16,510 nt of DNA from Deferrisomatales bacterium (GTDB lineage: Bacteria; Desulfobacterota; Deferrisomatia; Deferrisomatales; JACRMM01), in the NCBI GenBank assembly GCA_033551855.1, contig JAWSUI010000074.1, positions 1 to 16,510 on the forward strand. The letters run 5' to 3'. Made by a program: the position numbers and the translations under genes. The notes under the pieces are model-generated. The model had not been told where the DNA came from. It searched no databases and was given only the letters and a program-made list of their open reading frames with translations. Positions within the stretch are counted from its first letter, which is position 1. Every line of letters begins with the position of its first letter. Shown in pieces: positions 7,671-15,884 of this stretch.

Positions 7671-8043
7671 CGCATCGTTGACCCCCCCTCGCACGTCGAC
7701 GCAGCTATGGGCGCTCCCGGCAACGTAGCTCTTGCCGAGAGGTGACCCTGCACATGACCTTCCTGCCTGCCTTTTCCGGCTCGGAACCGCGCTTTCGTCC
7801 GTTCGCATCCGTAGCGCCCTGATCGTTCGGCCCTGACCGGGGTATCGGACCCCGGGGCCGGTTCGCGGCGCCCACGCGCTGCGGCTCCTCCCCCGCCCCA
7901 CGCTTCCGCAACCCCCGAAGGGCATCCCGAGGGGCCCCTTGGGGCGCCCGTGCGCGCTCTCTGCGGCCCCGGCTCCGTTTCGCACGAACCCCGCAGACCT
8001 TGCGATGACATGCAAGGAGACCGCCAGAAGAGAGGATCAAGCC

Positions 8044-10155
8044 TTGTTCGACATCCACACGATGCAGCTGGAGGTGGGGGGGAGGACCCTCACCCTGGAG
8101 ACGGGCCGCATGGCCCGCCAGGCCCACGGGGCCGTTTTCGCCACCTACGGGGGCACCGCGGTGCTCGCCACCGCCGTTGCGGATGCCGACGCCCGGCAGG
8201 GACTCGACTTCCTGCCTCTCACGGTGAACTACCAGACCAAGACCTTCGCAGCCGGGAAGATTCCGGGAGGGTTTTTCAAGCGCGAGGGCAAGCCGCCGGA
8301 CAGCGACACCCTGACTTCGCGGCTCATCGACCGCTCCCTCCGGCCGCTTTTCCCCAAGCGCTTCGCGTGCGAAACCCAGGTGATCGCCACCGTGCTCTCC
8401 CACGACGGGGAGAACCCGGGCGACACGGTGGCCCTGGTGGCGGCGTCGGCTGCCTTGACCATCTCCGACATACCTTTTGCCGGCCCGGTGGGGTGTGTGC
8501 GGGTGGGATACGTGGACGGCGTCTACGTAATCAACCCCTCTTTGGAACAGCTCGACGAGAGCCGGCTCGACCTCGTCGTGGCCGGGACCCGCGGCGCGGT
8601 GACCATGGTGGAGAGCGGCTCCCGGTTCTTGAGCGAGGAGGAAGTGCTCGGCGCCATCGAGGCCGGGCATGCCGAGATTCGCCGCCTGGCCGAGCTGCAG
8701 GAGGCGCTCGCCCGCGTCGCAGGCAGGGCCAAGCGCGACGCGCCGGTGTCCGATTCCGACCCGGCGGTGGCGGCGCGCGCGGCGGCGTTTTTCGGCGAGT
8801 ACGGAAAGCGGGCGCTCACCGAGCCCACCAAGGAGGCGCGCGAGGGCGCCCTGAGGGAGGCCCGCGCCGCCCTCGTCGGTCTCCTAAGCGACCCCGAGCG
8901 CCTGCGCGCCCGGCTGTACGTGGCCGCCTTCGACGCCCTGGTGCGGTCCCACGTGCGGGGCGACGTGCTGGACCGGGGCGTGCGGGTGGACGGACGGGGC
9001 ACCGGGAAGGTGCGGCCCATCGCCGTGGAGGCCGGGCTACTGCCCCGCGTCCACGGCTCGGCGCTCTTCACCCGCGGGGAGACCCAGGCGCTGGTCGCGG
9101 CCACCCTGGGAACCTCCCGCGACGAGCAGCTCATCGAGGCGCTCGAGGGCTCCCACTACAAGAAGTTCCTCCTCCACTACAACTTCCCGCCGTTCGCCAC
9201 CGGCGAGGCGCGCTTCCTGCGAAACCCCGGCCGGCGAGAGATCGGCCACGGCGCCCTGGCCGAGCGGGCACTGGCGCCAGTGCTCCCGGCCCGCGAGGAG
9301 TTCCCCTACACCATCCGGCTCGTCTCCGAGGTGCTGGAGAGCAACGGCTCCTCCTCCATGGCCACGGTCTGCGGCGGGAGCCTGGCGCTCATGGACGCCG
9401 GGGTGCCCGTAGCGGCGCCCGTGGCGGGGGTGGCCATGGGCCTCATCTGCGAGGGCGAGCGCTACGCAGTGCTCACTGACATTCTGGGCGACGAGGACCA
9501 TCTGGGAGACATGGACTTCAAGGTGGCCGGCACCCGGGAGGGCATCACCGCCCTGCAGATGGACATCAAAGTGCAGGGCCTCACCCGGGAGATCCTTGCC
9601 GCGGCCCTGGCCGAGGCCCGCGAGGCGCGCCTCCACATCCTGGGGCGGATGGAGGCCGCCTTGGCCGAGGCCCGGGACGACCTCTCCCCCTGGGCCCCCC
9701 GCATCACGGTCATCCGGGTGCACCCGGACAAGGTGCGCACGGTCATCGGGCCCGGCGGCAAGAACATCCGGGCCATCGTGGCCGCGACCCAGGCGGCCGT
9801 CGACATCGAGGACGACGGCTCGATCCGCATCGCCAGCAGCGACGAGGCCCGCACCCGAGAGGCCATCCGCATGATCCGCGAACTCACCCAGGAAGCCGAG
9901 ATCGGCAAGGTCTACCAGGGCGTGGTGCGGAGGCTCATGGACTTCGGCGCGTTCGTGGAGATCTTTCCCGGCACCGACGGGCTGGTGCACATCAGCGAGA
10001 TCGCCCGGGAGCGCGTGGCGAACGTGTCGGACTACCTCAAGGAGGGGGACGAGGTCGCGGTCAAGGTGCTCCACGTCGATTCCAGCGGGAAGATCAAGCT
10101 CTCGCGCAAGGCCGTCTTGCAGGACGAGCCCAAGAGCGCTGGAAGGGCGGGGTAG
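8044..10155 (+). CDS. pnp: Polyribonucleotide nucleotidyltransferase (PNPase)
   Basis: GKIPGGFFKREGKP, RLIDRSLRPLFP, HGSALFTRGETQ, HYNFPPF, RREIGHGALAERAL, ESNGSSSMA, DILGDEDHLGDMDFKVAGT, KH (IGPGGKNI) and S1 (FGAFVEIFPGTDGLVHISEI). Start placed at TTG 8044 (MFDIHTMQLEVGGRTLTLETG), 7 nt after SD AGAGGA. Confidence 0.97.
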   Translation: MFDIHTMQLEVGGRTLTLETGRMARQAHGAVFATYGGTAVLATAVADADARQGLDFLPLTVNYQTKTFAAGKIPGGFFKREGKPPDSDTLTSRLIDRSLRPLFPKRFACETQVIATVLSHDGENPGDTVALVAASAALTISDIPFAGPVGCVRVGYVDGVYVINPSLEQLDESRLDLVVAGTRGAVTMVESGSRFLSEEEVLGAIEAGHAEIRRLAELQEALARVAGRAKRDAPVSDSDPAVAARAAAFFGEYGKRALTEPTKEAREGALREARAALVGLLSDPERLRARLYVAAFDALVRSHVRGDVLDRGVRVDGRGTGKVRPIAVEAGLLPRVHGSALFTRGETQALVAATLGTSRDEQLIEALEGSHYKKFLLHYNFPPFATGEARFLRNPGRREIGHGALAERALAPVLPAREEFPYTIRLVSEVLESNGSSSMATVCGGSLALMDAGVPVAAPVAGVAMGLICEGERYAVLTDILGDEDHLGDMDFKVAGTREGITALQMDIKVQGLTREILAAALAEAREARLHILGRMEAALAEARDDLSPWAPRITVIRVHPDKVRTVIGPGGKNIRAIVAATQAAVDIEDDGSIRIASSDEARTREAIRMIRELTQEAEIGKVYQGVVRRLMDFGAFVEIFPGTDGLVHISEIARERVANVSDYLKEGDEVAVKVLHVDSSGKIKLSRKAVLQDEPKSAGRAG

Positions 10156-10182
10156 GGGGCTCGCGTCCCGGGAGGTGCCGCC

Positions 10183-10605
10183 GTGGAACACCGGTCCGAA
10201 CCGACACCGGTCCGCCGCCGGGTTCTCGTCGTCGACGACGAGGCCGGCATGCGCAAGATCCTGCGCAAGAGCCTCGCGGCTCTCGGCGGGTACGCCGTAT
10301 GGGAGGGGGGCCGGGCGGAAGAGGCCCTGGGCCGCCTCGCCAGCGCGGACTTGCTCGTCACCGACATCTCCATGCCCGGGATGGGGGGGCTCGCCTTGAT
10401 CCGCCGGGCAAGGGACGAGCACCCGGCCCTGGCGATCCTCGCGGTCTCGGCCGACCCGGCGAACCGCGGCCCGGCGCTGGGCGCCGGCGCCGATGTCTTC
10501 CTGGCCAAGCCCCTGCGGCCGAGCACGATCGTGGAAGCCGCCGGGCTGCTCCTCGCGGGCAGAGGCGGCCGTGAGGAAGACCAACCCTCGGAGTCCGACC
10601 CATGA
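10183..10605 (+). CDS. Single-domain response regulator (CheY-like receiver)
   Basis: VLVVDDE, DLLVTDISMPGMGG (phospho-acceptor Asp), AVSA, FLAKP; no output domain; SD GGAGG upstream of GTG. Confidence 0.88.
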   Translation: MEHRSEPTPVRRRVLVVDDEAGMRKILRKSLAALGGYAVWEGGRAEEALGRLASADLLVTDISMPGMGGLALIRRARDEHPALAILAVSADPANRGPALGAGADVFLAKPLRPSTIVEAAGLLLAGRGGREEDQPSESDP

Positions 10606-12191
10606 CCCCAGACACCAAGACCCTCGCCGCCGAGGTCTCCCGGCGGCGCACCTTCGCCATCATCTCCCACCCCGACGCGGGCAAGACCACGCTCACCGAG
10701 AAGCTCCTGCTCTACGGGGGCGCGATCCACCTGGCCGGCAGCGTCAAGTCCCGGCGGGCCTCGCGCCACGCCACCTCCGACTGGATGGAGCTCGAGCGCC
10801 AGCGCGGCATCTCCATCACCTCGAGCGTGCTTCAGTTCGACTACGCCGGCCACCGGATCAACCTGCTCGACACCCCCGGCCACCAGGACTTCTCCGAGGA
10901 CACCTACCGCACCCTGACCGCGGCGGACGCGGCGGTGATGCTGATCGACTGCGCCAAGGGCGTCGAAGCCCAGACCCGCAAGCTCTTCGAGGTGTGCCGG
11001 CTGCGGGCGATCCCGATCTTCACCTTCGTCAACAAGCTCGACCGGGAAGGCCGCCCCCCCCTGGAGATCCTCTCGGAGATCGAGGAGGTCTTGGGCATCG
11101 CGGCCTGCCCGCTCTACTGGCCGCTCGGCATGGGCCCGCGCTTTCGGGGGGTGTACGACCTGCGTCGCCGCCAGGTTCTGCTGTACGAGGCGGAAAAGCA
11201 CGGCCAGAAGAAGGCCCGGGCCCGGGTGGCCGGACCCGACGACCCGGCCATCGCGGAGCTGTTGAGCCCGTGGGACTACCAGGCCTTCCGGGACGAGGTG
11301 GCGCTCCTGGAGGGAGCCGGGGAGCCCCACGATCTCCCGGCCGTGCTCCGGGGCGGGCAGACGCCCGTCTTCTTCGGGAGCGCGGTGACGAACTTCGGGG
11401 TCGAGCCGTTCCTGGCCGACTTCCTTACCATGGCCCCCCCGCCGGGGCCGCGTCTCGCCGCGTGCGGTCCCGTGGCACCCGAGGAGCCCCGGTTCTCCGG
11501 GTTCGTCTTCAAGATCCAGGCGAACATGGACCCCCGGCACCGGGACCGGGTGGCCTTCGTGCGGGTATGCTCGGGGCACTTCCGCCGGGGCCTCAAGGTG
11601 CGCCACCCGCGGCTGGGGCGCGAGCTGGCCCTGGCGGTGCCGCTCCAGTTCCTAGCCCAGGAGAGGGCCCTGGTGGAGGAGGCGTTCCCCGGCGACGTGG
11701 TGGGCCTCCACGACCGGGGCACGCTGCGCATCGGCGACACCCTGGCCGAGGGCGACGACGTCGTCTTCGAGGGGGTTCCCCACTTCTCCCCGGAGCTCTT
11801 CGCCCGAGTGCGGGTGAAGAACGCGCTGCGGGCCAAGCAGCTCCAGAAGGGCCTGGAGCAGCTCGGTGACGAGGGGGCGATCCAGGTCTTCCGCCAGCCC
11901 TGGGGCGACCGAGACCCCATCGTGGGCGCGGTGGGGCAGCTCCAGTTCGAGGTGCTCACCCACCGCTTGCAAGGTGAGTACAGCGTGGAGGCGCGCCTCG
12001 AGCCCATGCCCTTCCAGCTGGCCCGGTGGGTCGAGGGGGAGGAGCCTGCCCCCGAGGCGCTGGGCCGCGACGCGAGCACCCTCCTCTGCGAGGACCGCCA
12101 CGGCCGGCCGGTGGTGCTCTTCCGCAGCCAGTGGGCCCTGAGCTGGGTGGCGGAGCGCCATCCGAGCCTGGCGCTGCGGGCCGCGGCCTGA
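10602..12191 (+). CDS. prfC: Peptide chain release factor 3
   Basis: RRRTFAIISHPDAGKTTLTEKLLL, SDWMELERQRGISITSS, LLDTPGHQDFSEDTYRTL, NKLD, FVFKIQANMDPRHRDR, GAVGQLQFEV; 529 aa. Confidence 0.97.
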   Translation: MTPDTKTLAAEVSRRRTFAIISHPDAGKTTLTEKLLLYGGAIHLAGSVKSRRASRHATSDWMELERQRGISITSSVLQFDYAGHRINLLDTPGHQDFSEDTYRTLTAADAAVMLIDCAKGVEAQTRKLFEVCRLRAIPIFTFVNKLDREGRPPLEILSEIEEVLGIAACPLYWPLGMGPRFRGVYDLRRRQVLLYEAEKHGQKKARARVAGPDDPAIAELLSPWDYQAFRDEVALLEGAGEPHDLPAVLRGGQTPVFFGSAVTNFGVEPFLADFLTMAPPPGPRLAACGPVAPEEPRFSGFVFKIQANMDPRHRDRVAFVRVCSGHFRRGLKVRHPRLGRELALAVPLQFLAQERALVEEAFPGDVVGLHDRGTLRIGDTLAEGDDVVFEGVPHFSPELFARVRVKNALRAKQLQKGLEQLGDEGAIQVFRQPWGDRDPIVGAVGQLQFEVLTHRLQGEYSVEARLEPMPFQLARWVEGEEPAPEALGRDASTLLCEDRHGRPVVLFRSQWALSWVAERHPSLALRAAA

Positions 12192-12224
12192 GGCCGGGAG
12201 CCGGACGCAGCAGAGAGGGGAGCC

Positions 12225-12330
12225 GTGGAAGAATGGACCGAAGCCCAGCTCGAGGAGCTGCGCCGCGACCTGGTGGCGTTGCGCGAGGAGCGGGAAGGCC
12301 TCCCGGATACGGCCCGAGGGCGCCATCTCG
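12225..12330 (+). pseudogene. Orphan N-terminal helical fragment, possibly from a DksA/TraR-like gene
   Basis: Good SD (GAGAGGGGGAG) and [29 protein letters not shown] reads as an amphipathic coiled-coil start, then runs in frame into the groEL remnant. The family assignment is from recall only. Confidence 0.35.
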
Positions 12331-12392
12331 CGCGTGAAGAGACCGAAGAGCCCGGCGGCTCTGTACCGGAACCCCTGCGGAAGGAGGAGATC

Positions 12393-12608
12393 ATGGCAGC
12401 CAAGAAGATCGAGTACGGCCAAGAGGCGGGCGAGCAGTACACCGATCTCCGGGAGGCCGGGATCATCGACCCCGCCAAGGTCACCGGGACGGCGCTCCCG
12501 AGCGCAGCCAGCGAGGCCAGCATGCTCCTGACCACCGAGGCCGTCATGGTGGAAGACATTAAGGACGGGAAGAAGGGGCCCGGATTCGAAGGCGGCGGCC
12601 GTCCGTGA
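12393..12608 (+). pseudogene. groEL: Internally deleted groEL remnant (N-terminal ~12 aa joined to the C-terminal ~59 aa)
   Basis: SD AAGGAGGAG, then [12 protein letters not shown] (GroEL N-terminus; E. coli MAAKDVKFGNDA) directly followed by [40 protein letters not shown] (GroEL C-terminal GIIDPxKVTRxALQNAAS...LLTTE motif). Confidence 0.85.
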
Positions 12609-13378
12609 GCCGGCGGGGGGACCTTGGGCGGGACGAGCTCCTCCGCGCCCTGACCGAAGCCGCGGCCCAGGCGGTGCGCGCCGAGAGGGTGGTGGTCTTC
12701 GGGCCGTGGGCCCGGGGGAGCGAGAGCCCCGGAGACCCCGTGGACCTCCTGGTGGTCACGGCCGCACCGTTCGGCGGCGGGCAGGATCGGACCCGGATGG
12801 CGGCGCAGCTCGGGAGCGCTCTTGCGAACTTCCGGATCCCCAAGCGCATTCTGGTCTTTACCGCGGCCGAGGTAGCGCGGTGGGGGGGCTCGGCCGCCCA
12901 CCCCACCGGCCGAATCATGGGCGAGTCGTCCCGTTCCGGACCCGACCCCGAAGGCGCCCACCTGCTTCTCGACGTGGCGGCCAAGCACCTCAAGGCGGTC
13001 CACGGCATGGCGGACTCGGACCTGTTCGACGACGATATCTTCGGCTTTCACTGCCACGCCGCCGCGGCCAGCGCGCTGCGGGCGTGGCTCGCGCTGCTGG
13101 GCGCTGACCCTTGGCTGGCGGCGGACGATCTGGGCGAGCTACTGACTGAGGTCGGAGAGCGGACCGACCTGCCTGAAAGATTCGCAGATCTCACGACACT
13201 CAGCATCTTCGCCGTCCAGCACTTCCTCGTCCCTGCGGACGACCTCCTGGCGCCCGGGGGGCGCCGCCGCCTGCAGGACCTCGTCCGGCGCCTCCACGAG
13301 CACGTTCAGGGGCTGCTCGAAGAGCGAAGCCCTACGAAATCCAAACTGGAAGGCCGCCGCCCGATTTCTCCCGGGTGA
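12605..13378 (+). CDS. Fused nucleotidyltransferase (MNT)-HEPN domain protein with degenerate motifs
   Basis: N-half [25 protein letters not shown]...[13 protein letters not shown] resembles minimal nucleotidyltransferases; C-half [15 protein letters not shown]...[22 protein letters not shown]...DDLGELL resembles HEPN (GFHxQQAxEKxLKA...HDL). GTGA overlap with the upstream stop. Confidence 0.72.
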   Translation: MSRRGDLGRDELLRALTEAAAQAVRAERVVVFGPWARGSESPGDPVDLLVVTAAPFGGGQDRTRMAAQLGSALANFRIPKRILVFTAAEVARWGGSAAHPTGRIMGESSRSGPDPEGAHLLLDVAAKHLKAVHGMADSDLFDDDIFGFHCHAAAASALRAWLALLGADPWLAADDLGELLTEVGERTDLPERFADLTTLSIFAVQHFLVPADDLLAPGGRRRLQDLVRRLHEHVQGLLEERSPTKSKLEGRRPISPG

Positions 13379-13508
13379 GTGACCCTCCGCCGCGGTAGCT
13401 CGTCGCGCTCGCGAGAGGGACGGTCGTGTTGCCCCGGGGCCTTGCCCCTCGTTGTATGATCCAGAAGCCGTGTCGAAGAGGATTCCGGCTCAGGCCCAGG
13501 ATGGCGAG

Positions 13509-13901
13509 ATGTGGGAGGAAAGCGCCGAGCAGCTCGGTGCCCTGATCCAGCAGTACGTGCGCACCCGCGGCGGCATCGAGGCCCGCAGCGACTCGGAACC
13601 TGCCGCGCAGGGATGCCTCTTGGAGGCCGGCCTTCGGGAGCGCGTCGACGTTCTGGGCCTCGACGCGGATCGGCTGTTGGACGTCGAACCGAAGGCGGTT
13701 CTGGCCGAGATCGAGCGCCTCGAACGAGAAGCGGCGCGGGAGGACGCGCGGGTGCGGGAGGCAGCCGCCCGCGCTCGTGCGCGAGAGGAGGTGAGCATCC
13801 ATGGTGGAACGAACCCTTCACGGCCTGACCGTCGAGTGCGTCCAGGGAGACATTGCGAACCAGCCGGACGTGGAAGCCGTCGTCAACGCGGCCAACGCTG
13901 A
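13509..13901 (+). CDS. Hypothetical protein (probable stop loss; overlaps the macrodomain gene by 101 nt)
   Basis: Protein-like helical composition (MWEESAEQLGALIQQYV...AVLAEIERLEREAAREDARVREAAAR); AGGA 7 nt before ATG 13509; TATGAT at 13455-13460 may be a -10. Start uncertain (track gives 13452). Confidence 0.4.
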   Translation: MWEESAEQLGALIQQYVRTRGGIEARSDSEPAAQGCLLEAGLRERVDVLGLDADRLLDVEPKAVLAEIERLEREAAREDARVREAAARARAREEVSIHGGTNPSRPDRRVRPGRHCEPAGRGSRRQRGQR

Positions 13902-14358
13902 GCTGCGTAGGGGGGGCGGGGTAGCCGGGGCGATCCACCGGGCGGCAGGCCCGGGCCTCGAAGAGGAGTGCCGACCGCTCGCGCCCATCCGCCCGGGCCA
14001 GGCCGTCCTCACCGGTGCCCACGGGCTGCCCAACCGGCACGTGATCCACTGCCTCGGGCCGGTCTACGGCCTGGACGAGCCTGCGGAGGAGTTGCTGGCA
14101 TCCTGCTACCGCAACGCGCTGCGCCTCGCGGAGGCGCACGGGATCGGGAGCGTGGCGTTTCCTGCGATTTCCACGGGTGCTTTCGGATACCCGATGGCTT
14201 CGGCGGCGCGCGTGGCCCTGGAGGCGATCCGGGAGCTGTCTGGGCAACTGGTCCGCGTCCGCCGCGTCCGCTTCGTCCTGCATGACCGCGAAAGTCAAAG
14301 CGTCCATGCCCGGGTTCTCAGGGAATTGCCGGCAACCGTGTCCGGGGAGTCTCAATGA
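13801..14358 (+). CDS. Macrodomain protein (MacroD/YmdB-like ADP-ribose or O-acetyl-ADP-ribose hydrolase)
   Basis: GDI, AVVNAANAELRRGGGVAGAIHRAAG, VIHCLGPVY, CYRNAL, SVAFPAISTGAFGYP; SD GAGGAGGTG. Confidence 0.93.
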   Translation: MVERTLHGLTVECVQGDIANQPDVEAVVNAANAELRRGGGVAGAIHRAAGPGLEEECRPLAPIRPGQAVLTGAHGLPNRHVIHCLGPVYGLDEPAEELLASCYRNALRLAEAHGIGSVAFPAISTGAFGYPMASAARVALEAIRELSGQLVRVRRVRFVLHDRESQSVHARVLRELPATVSGESQ

Positions 14359-14458
14359 CACAAAGCCTTGGTACGTGCACCGAATTTGGGCGGAAGCGGC
14401 GTCCTCGTGCTCGCCCGAGCCCTTTGCGGGCGCTACGCCCCGGTGGCAGGGAGCTGGA

Positions 14459-15712
14459 ATGCAGGTAACGGGGCAAGCCGGAGCCCATCGGGGCTATCTT
14501 CGCTTTGTCTGCACCCACGCGCGGGTCCTGTCCTTCGGTGTGCTGCTGACGCTCTTCTCCAGCTTCGGGCAGACCTTCCTGATCTCCCTCTTCGTGCCGC
14601 GATGGCTCGAGGCCTTTGCGCTCGACGCGGCGCGGTTCGGGGTGCTCTACGCGGGCGCCACGCTGCTGTCGGCGGCGAGCCTGCCCTTCTTGGGCCGGTT
14701 GCTCGACCGCACCTGCCTGCTTCGTTTCAGCCTGGGGGCGGGCCTGGGGCTGGTGCTGGCCTGTCTCGCGATTGCGCTGGCGCCGAATGCCGGGGGGCTG
14801 TTCCTGGCCCTCTTCGGCCTGCGGCTCACCGGCCAGGGGTTGCTGAGCCTCACAGCGTCCACGACCATGGCGCGGACGTTTGAGCGGGGCCGGGGCCGGG
14901 CGCTCAGCCTCTCGGGGCTCGGATACCCGCTGGGCGAGGGGCTGCTGCCGCTGGGCGTCGTGCTTCTGCTTCAGCGGGCGGACTGGCGCTGGAGTTGGGT
15001 GTTTCTCGGAGCGGCGATCGCGCTCGTGCTGCTGCCGGCGATGGTCCTGCTCCTCCGCCCCACGGCAGGCCGCGAGGGGGCCCGCGGCGGGGCCGAGGTT
15101 TCGGACAGTGGGGCCGCCGGGAATCCCGTCCTGCTGCGAGACGGCCGCTTCTATGCCCTGCTGCCGGGCAGCCTGCTGGTGCCGCTGGTGCTGACGGCCC
15201 TGTTCCTCTACCAGGGGCCCCTGGCCGAGTCCCGGGGTTGGCCGATCCAGACCATGGCCACAGCGTTCGCCGGCTTTGCCGTTGCACGCTTTGGCGGTGG
15301 GCTTCTCATCGGGCCCTGGATCGACCGCTGGGGCGCCGCGCGGATCTTCCCCTTCGTCCCCCTGCCCCTCTGCGCCGGGCTCCTCGCCTTGAGCGTGGGC
15401 ACGGCGCCCTGGGTCGCGCTGGTCTATCTGTCCCTGGCAGGGGTGACCCAGGGAATCGCCGGCCCGACCTTGACCGCGCTTTGGGCAGAGGTGTACGGGG
15501 TTGAGTCCCTCGGCGCCATCAAGGGGACGGTGGCGACCCTCGCCGTGCTCGCCACGGCTCTTGGCCCCATGGCGCTGGGAGCACTCCTCGCCGCTGGGGT
15601 GCCCTTCTCGGCCATCGTTCCGGGCTGCCTGGGCCTCAGCCTGTCGGTCGCAGGCGTGAGTCTGCTGGCGCGCCGGCAACTGGAGGCCACAGCGGCTCCG
15701 GCGGTGGCCTGA
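14459..15712 (+). CDS. MFS transporter
   Basis: About 12 hydrophobic segments; motif A GRLLDR and its C-domain counterpart GPWIDRWGA; FSSFGQTFLISLF. Start placed at ATG 14459 after GGGAG. Confidence 0.9.
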   Translation: MQVTGQAGAHRGYLRFVCTHARVLSFGVLLTLFSSFGQTFLISLFVPRWLEAFALDAARFGVLYAGATLLSAASLPFLGRLLDRTCLLRFSLGAGLGLVLACLAIALAPNAGGLFLALFGLRLTGQGLLSLTASTTMARTFERGRGRALSLSGLGYPLGEGLLPLGVVLLLQRADWRWSWVFLGAAIALVLLPAMVLLLRPTAGREGARGGAEVSDSGAAGNPVLLRDGRFYALLPGSLLVPLVLTALFLYQGPLAESRGWPIQTMATAFAGFAVARFGGGLLIGPWIDRWGAARIFPFVPLPLCAGLLALSVGTAPWVALVYLSLAGVTQGIAGPTLTALWAEVYGVESLGAIKGTVATLAVLATALGPMALGALLAAGVPFSAIVPGCLGLSLSVAGVSLLARRQLEATAAPAVA

Positions 15713-15884
15713 GCGCCCGGAGATCGTGACCGGCATGAACGGACCGCTTCCGTCAGGCCGCGCGCGGCGCCGAGAACCGAAAACCATGGAAAGTGGCCGG
15801 AGATCGGGCCGGCACTGCGACCCCCGGCCGGGTGACCCGGCGCCACGGCACACGCCGAGCCGGCGACACCAGAGAGGAGACTGA

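Noticed and set aside
7680..7760. Known riboswitch (c-di-GMP, fluoride, SAM, preQ1) in the pnp leader
   Set aside because: I could not match the conserved cores of these families by eye; kept only as an unassigned structure.
7750..8040. Possible rpsO (S15) remnant upstream of pnp
   Set aside because: The gap size is similar, but I saw no S15 motifs (DTGSPEVQ, HKKDHHSRRGL) in the plus-strand sequence.
12322..12350. HLAREET as a groES C-terminal remnant before the groEL fragment
   Set aside because: Position fits, but similarity to the GroES LILREEDIL motif is too short to support.
1480..14458. Extended N-termini in the ORF track for pilD (1480), livM (3993), livG (5159), livF (6175), pnp (7939), MFS (14177) and tolR (1097)
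   Set aside because: Family-like sequence begins at downstream starts with SD sites or stop/start overlaps; the extensions are low-complexity or overlap neighbouring genes.
14355..14468. 37-codon ORF starting at the ATGA overlap with the macrodomain stop
   Set aside because: Arg/Pro-rich, no SD or recognisable motif, and it overlaps the MFS start; probably chance.
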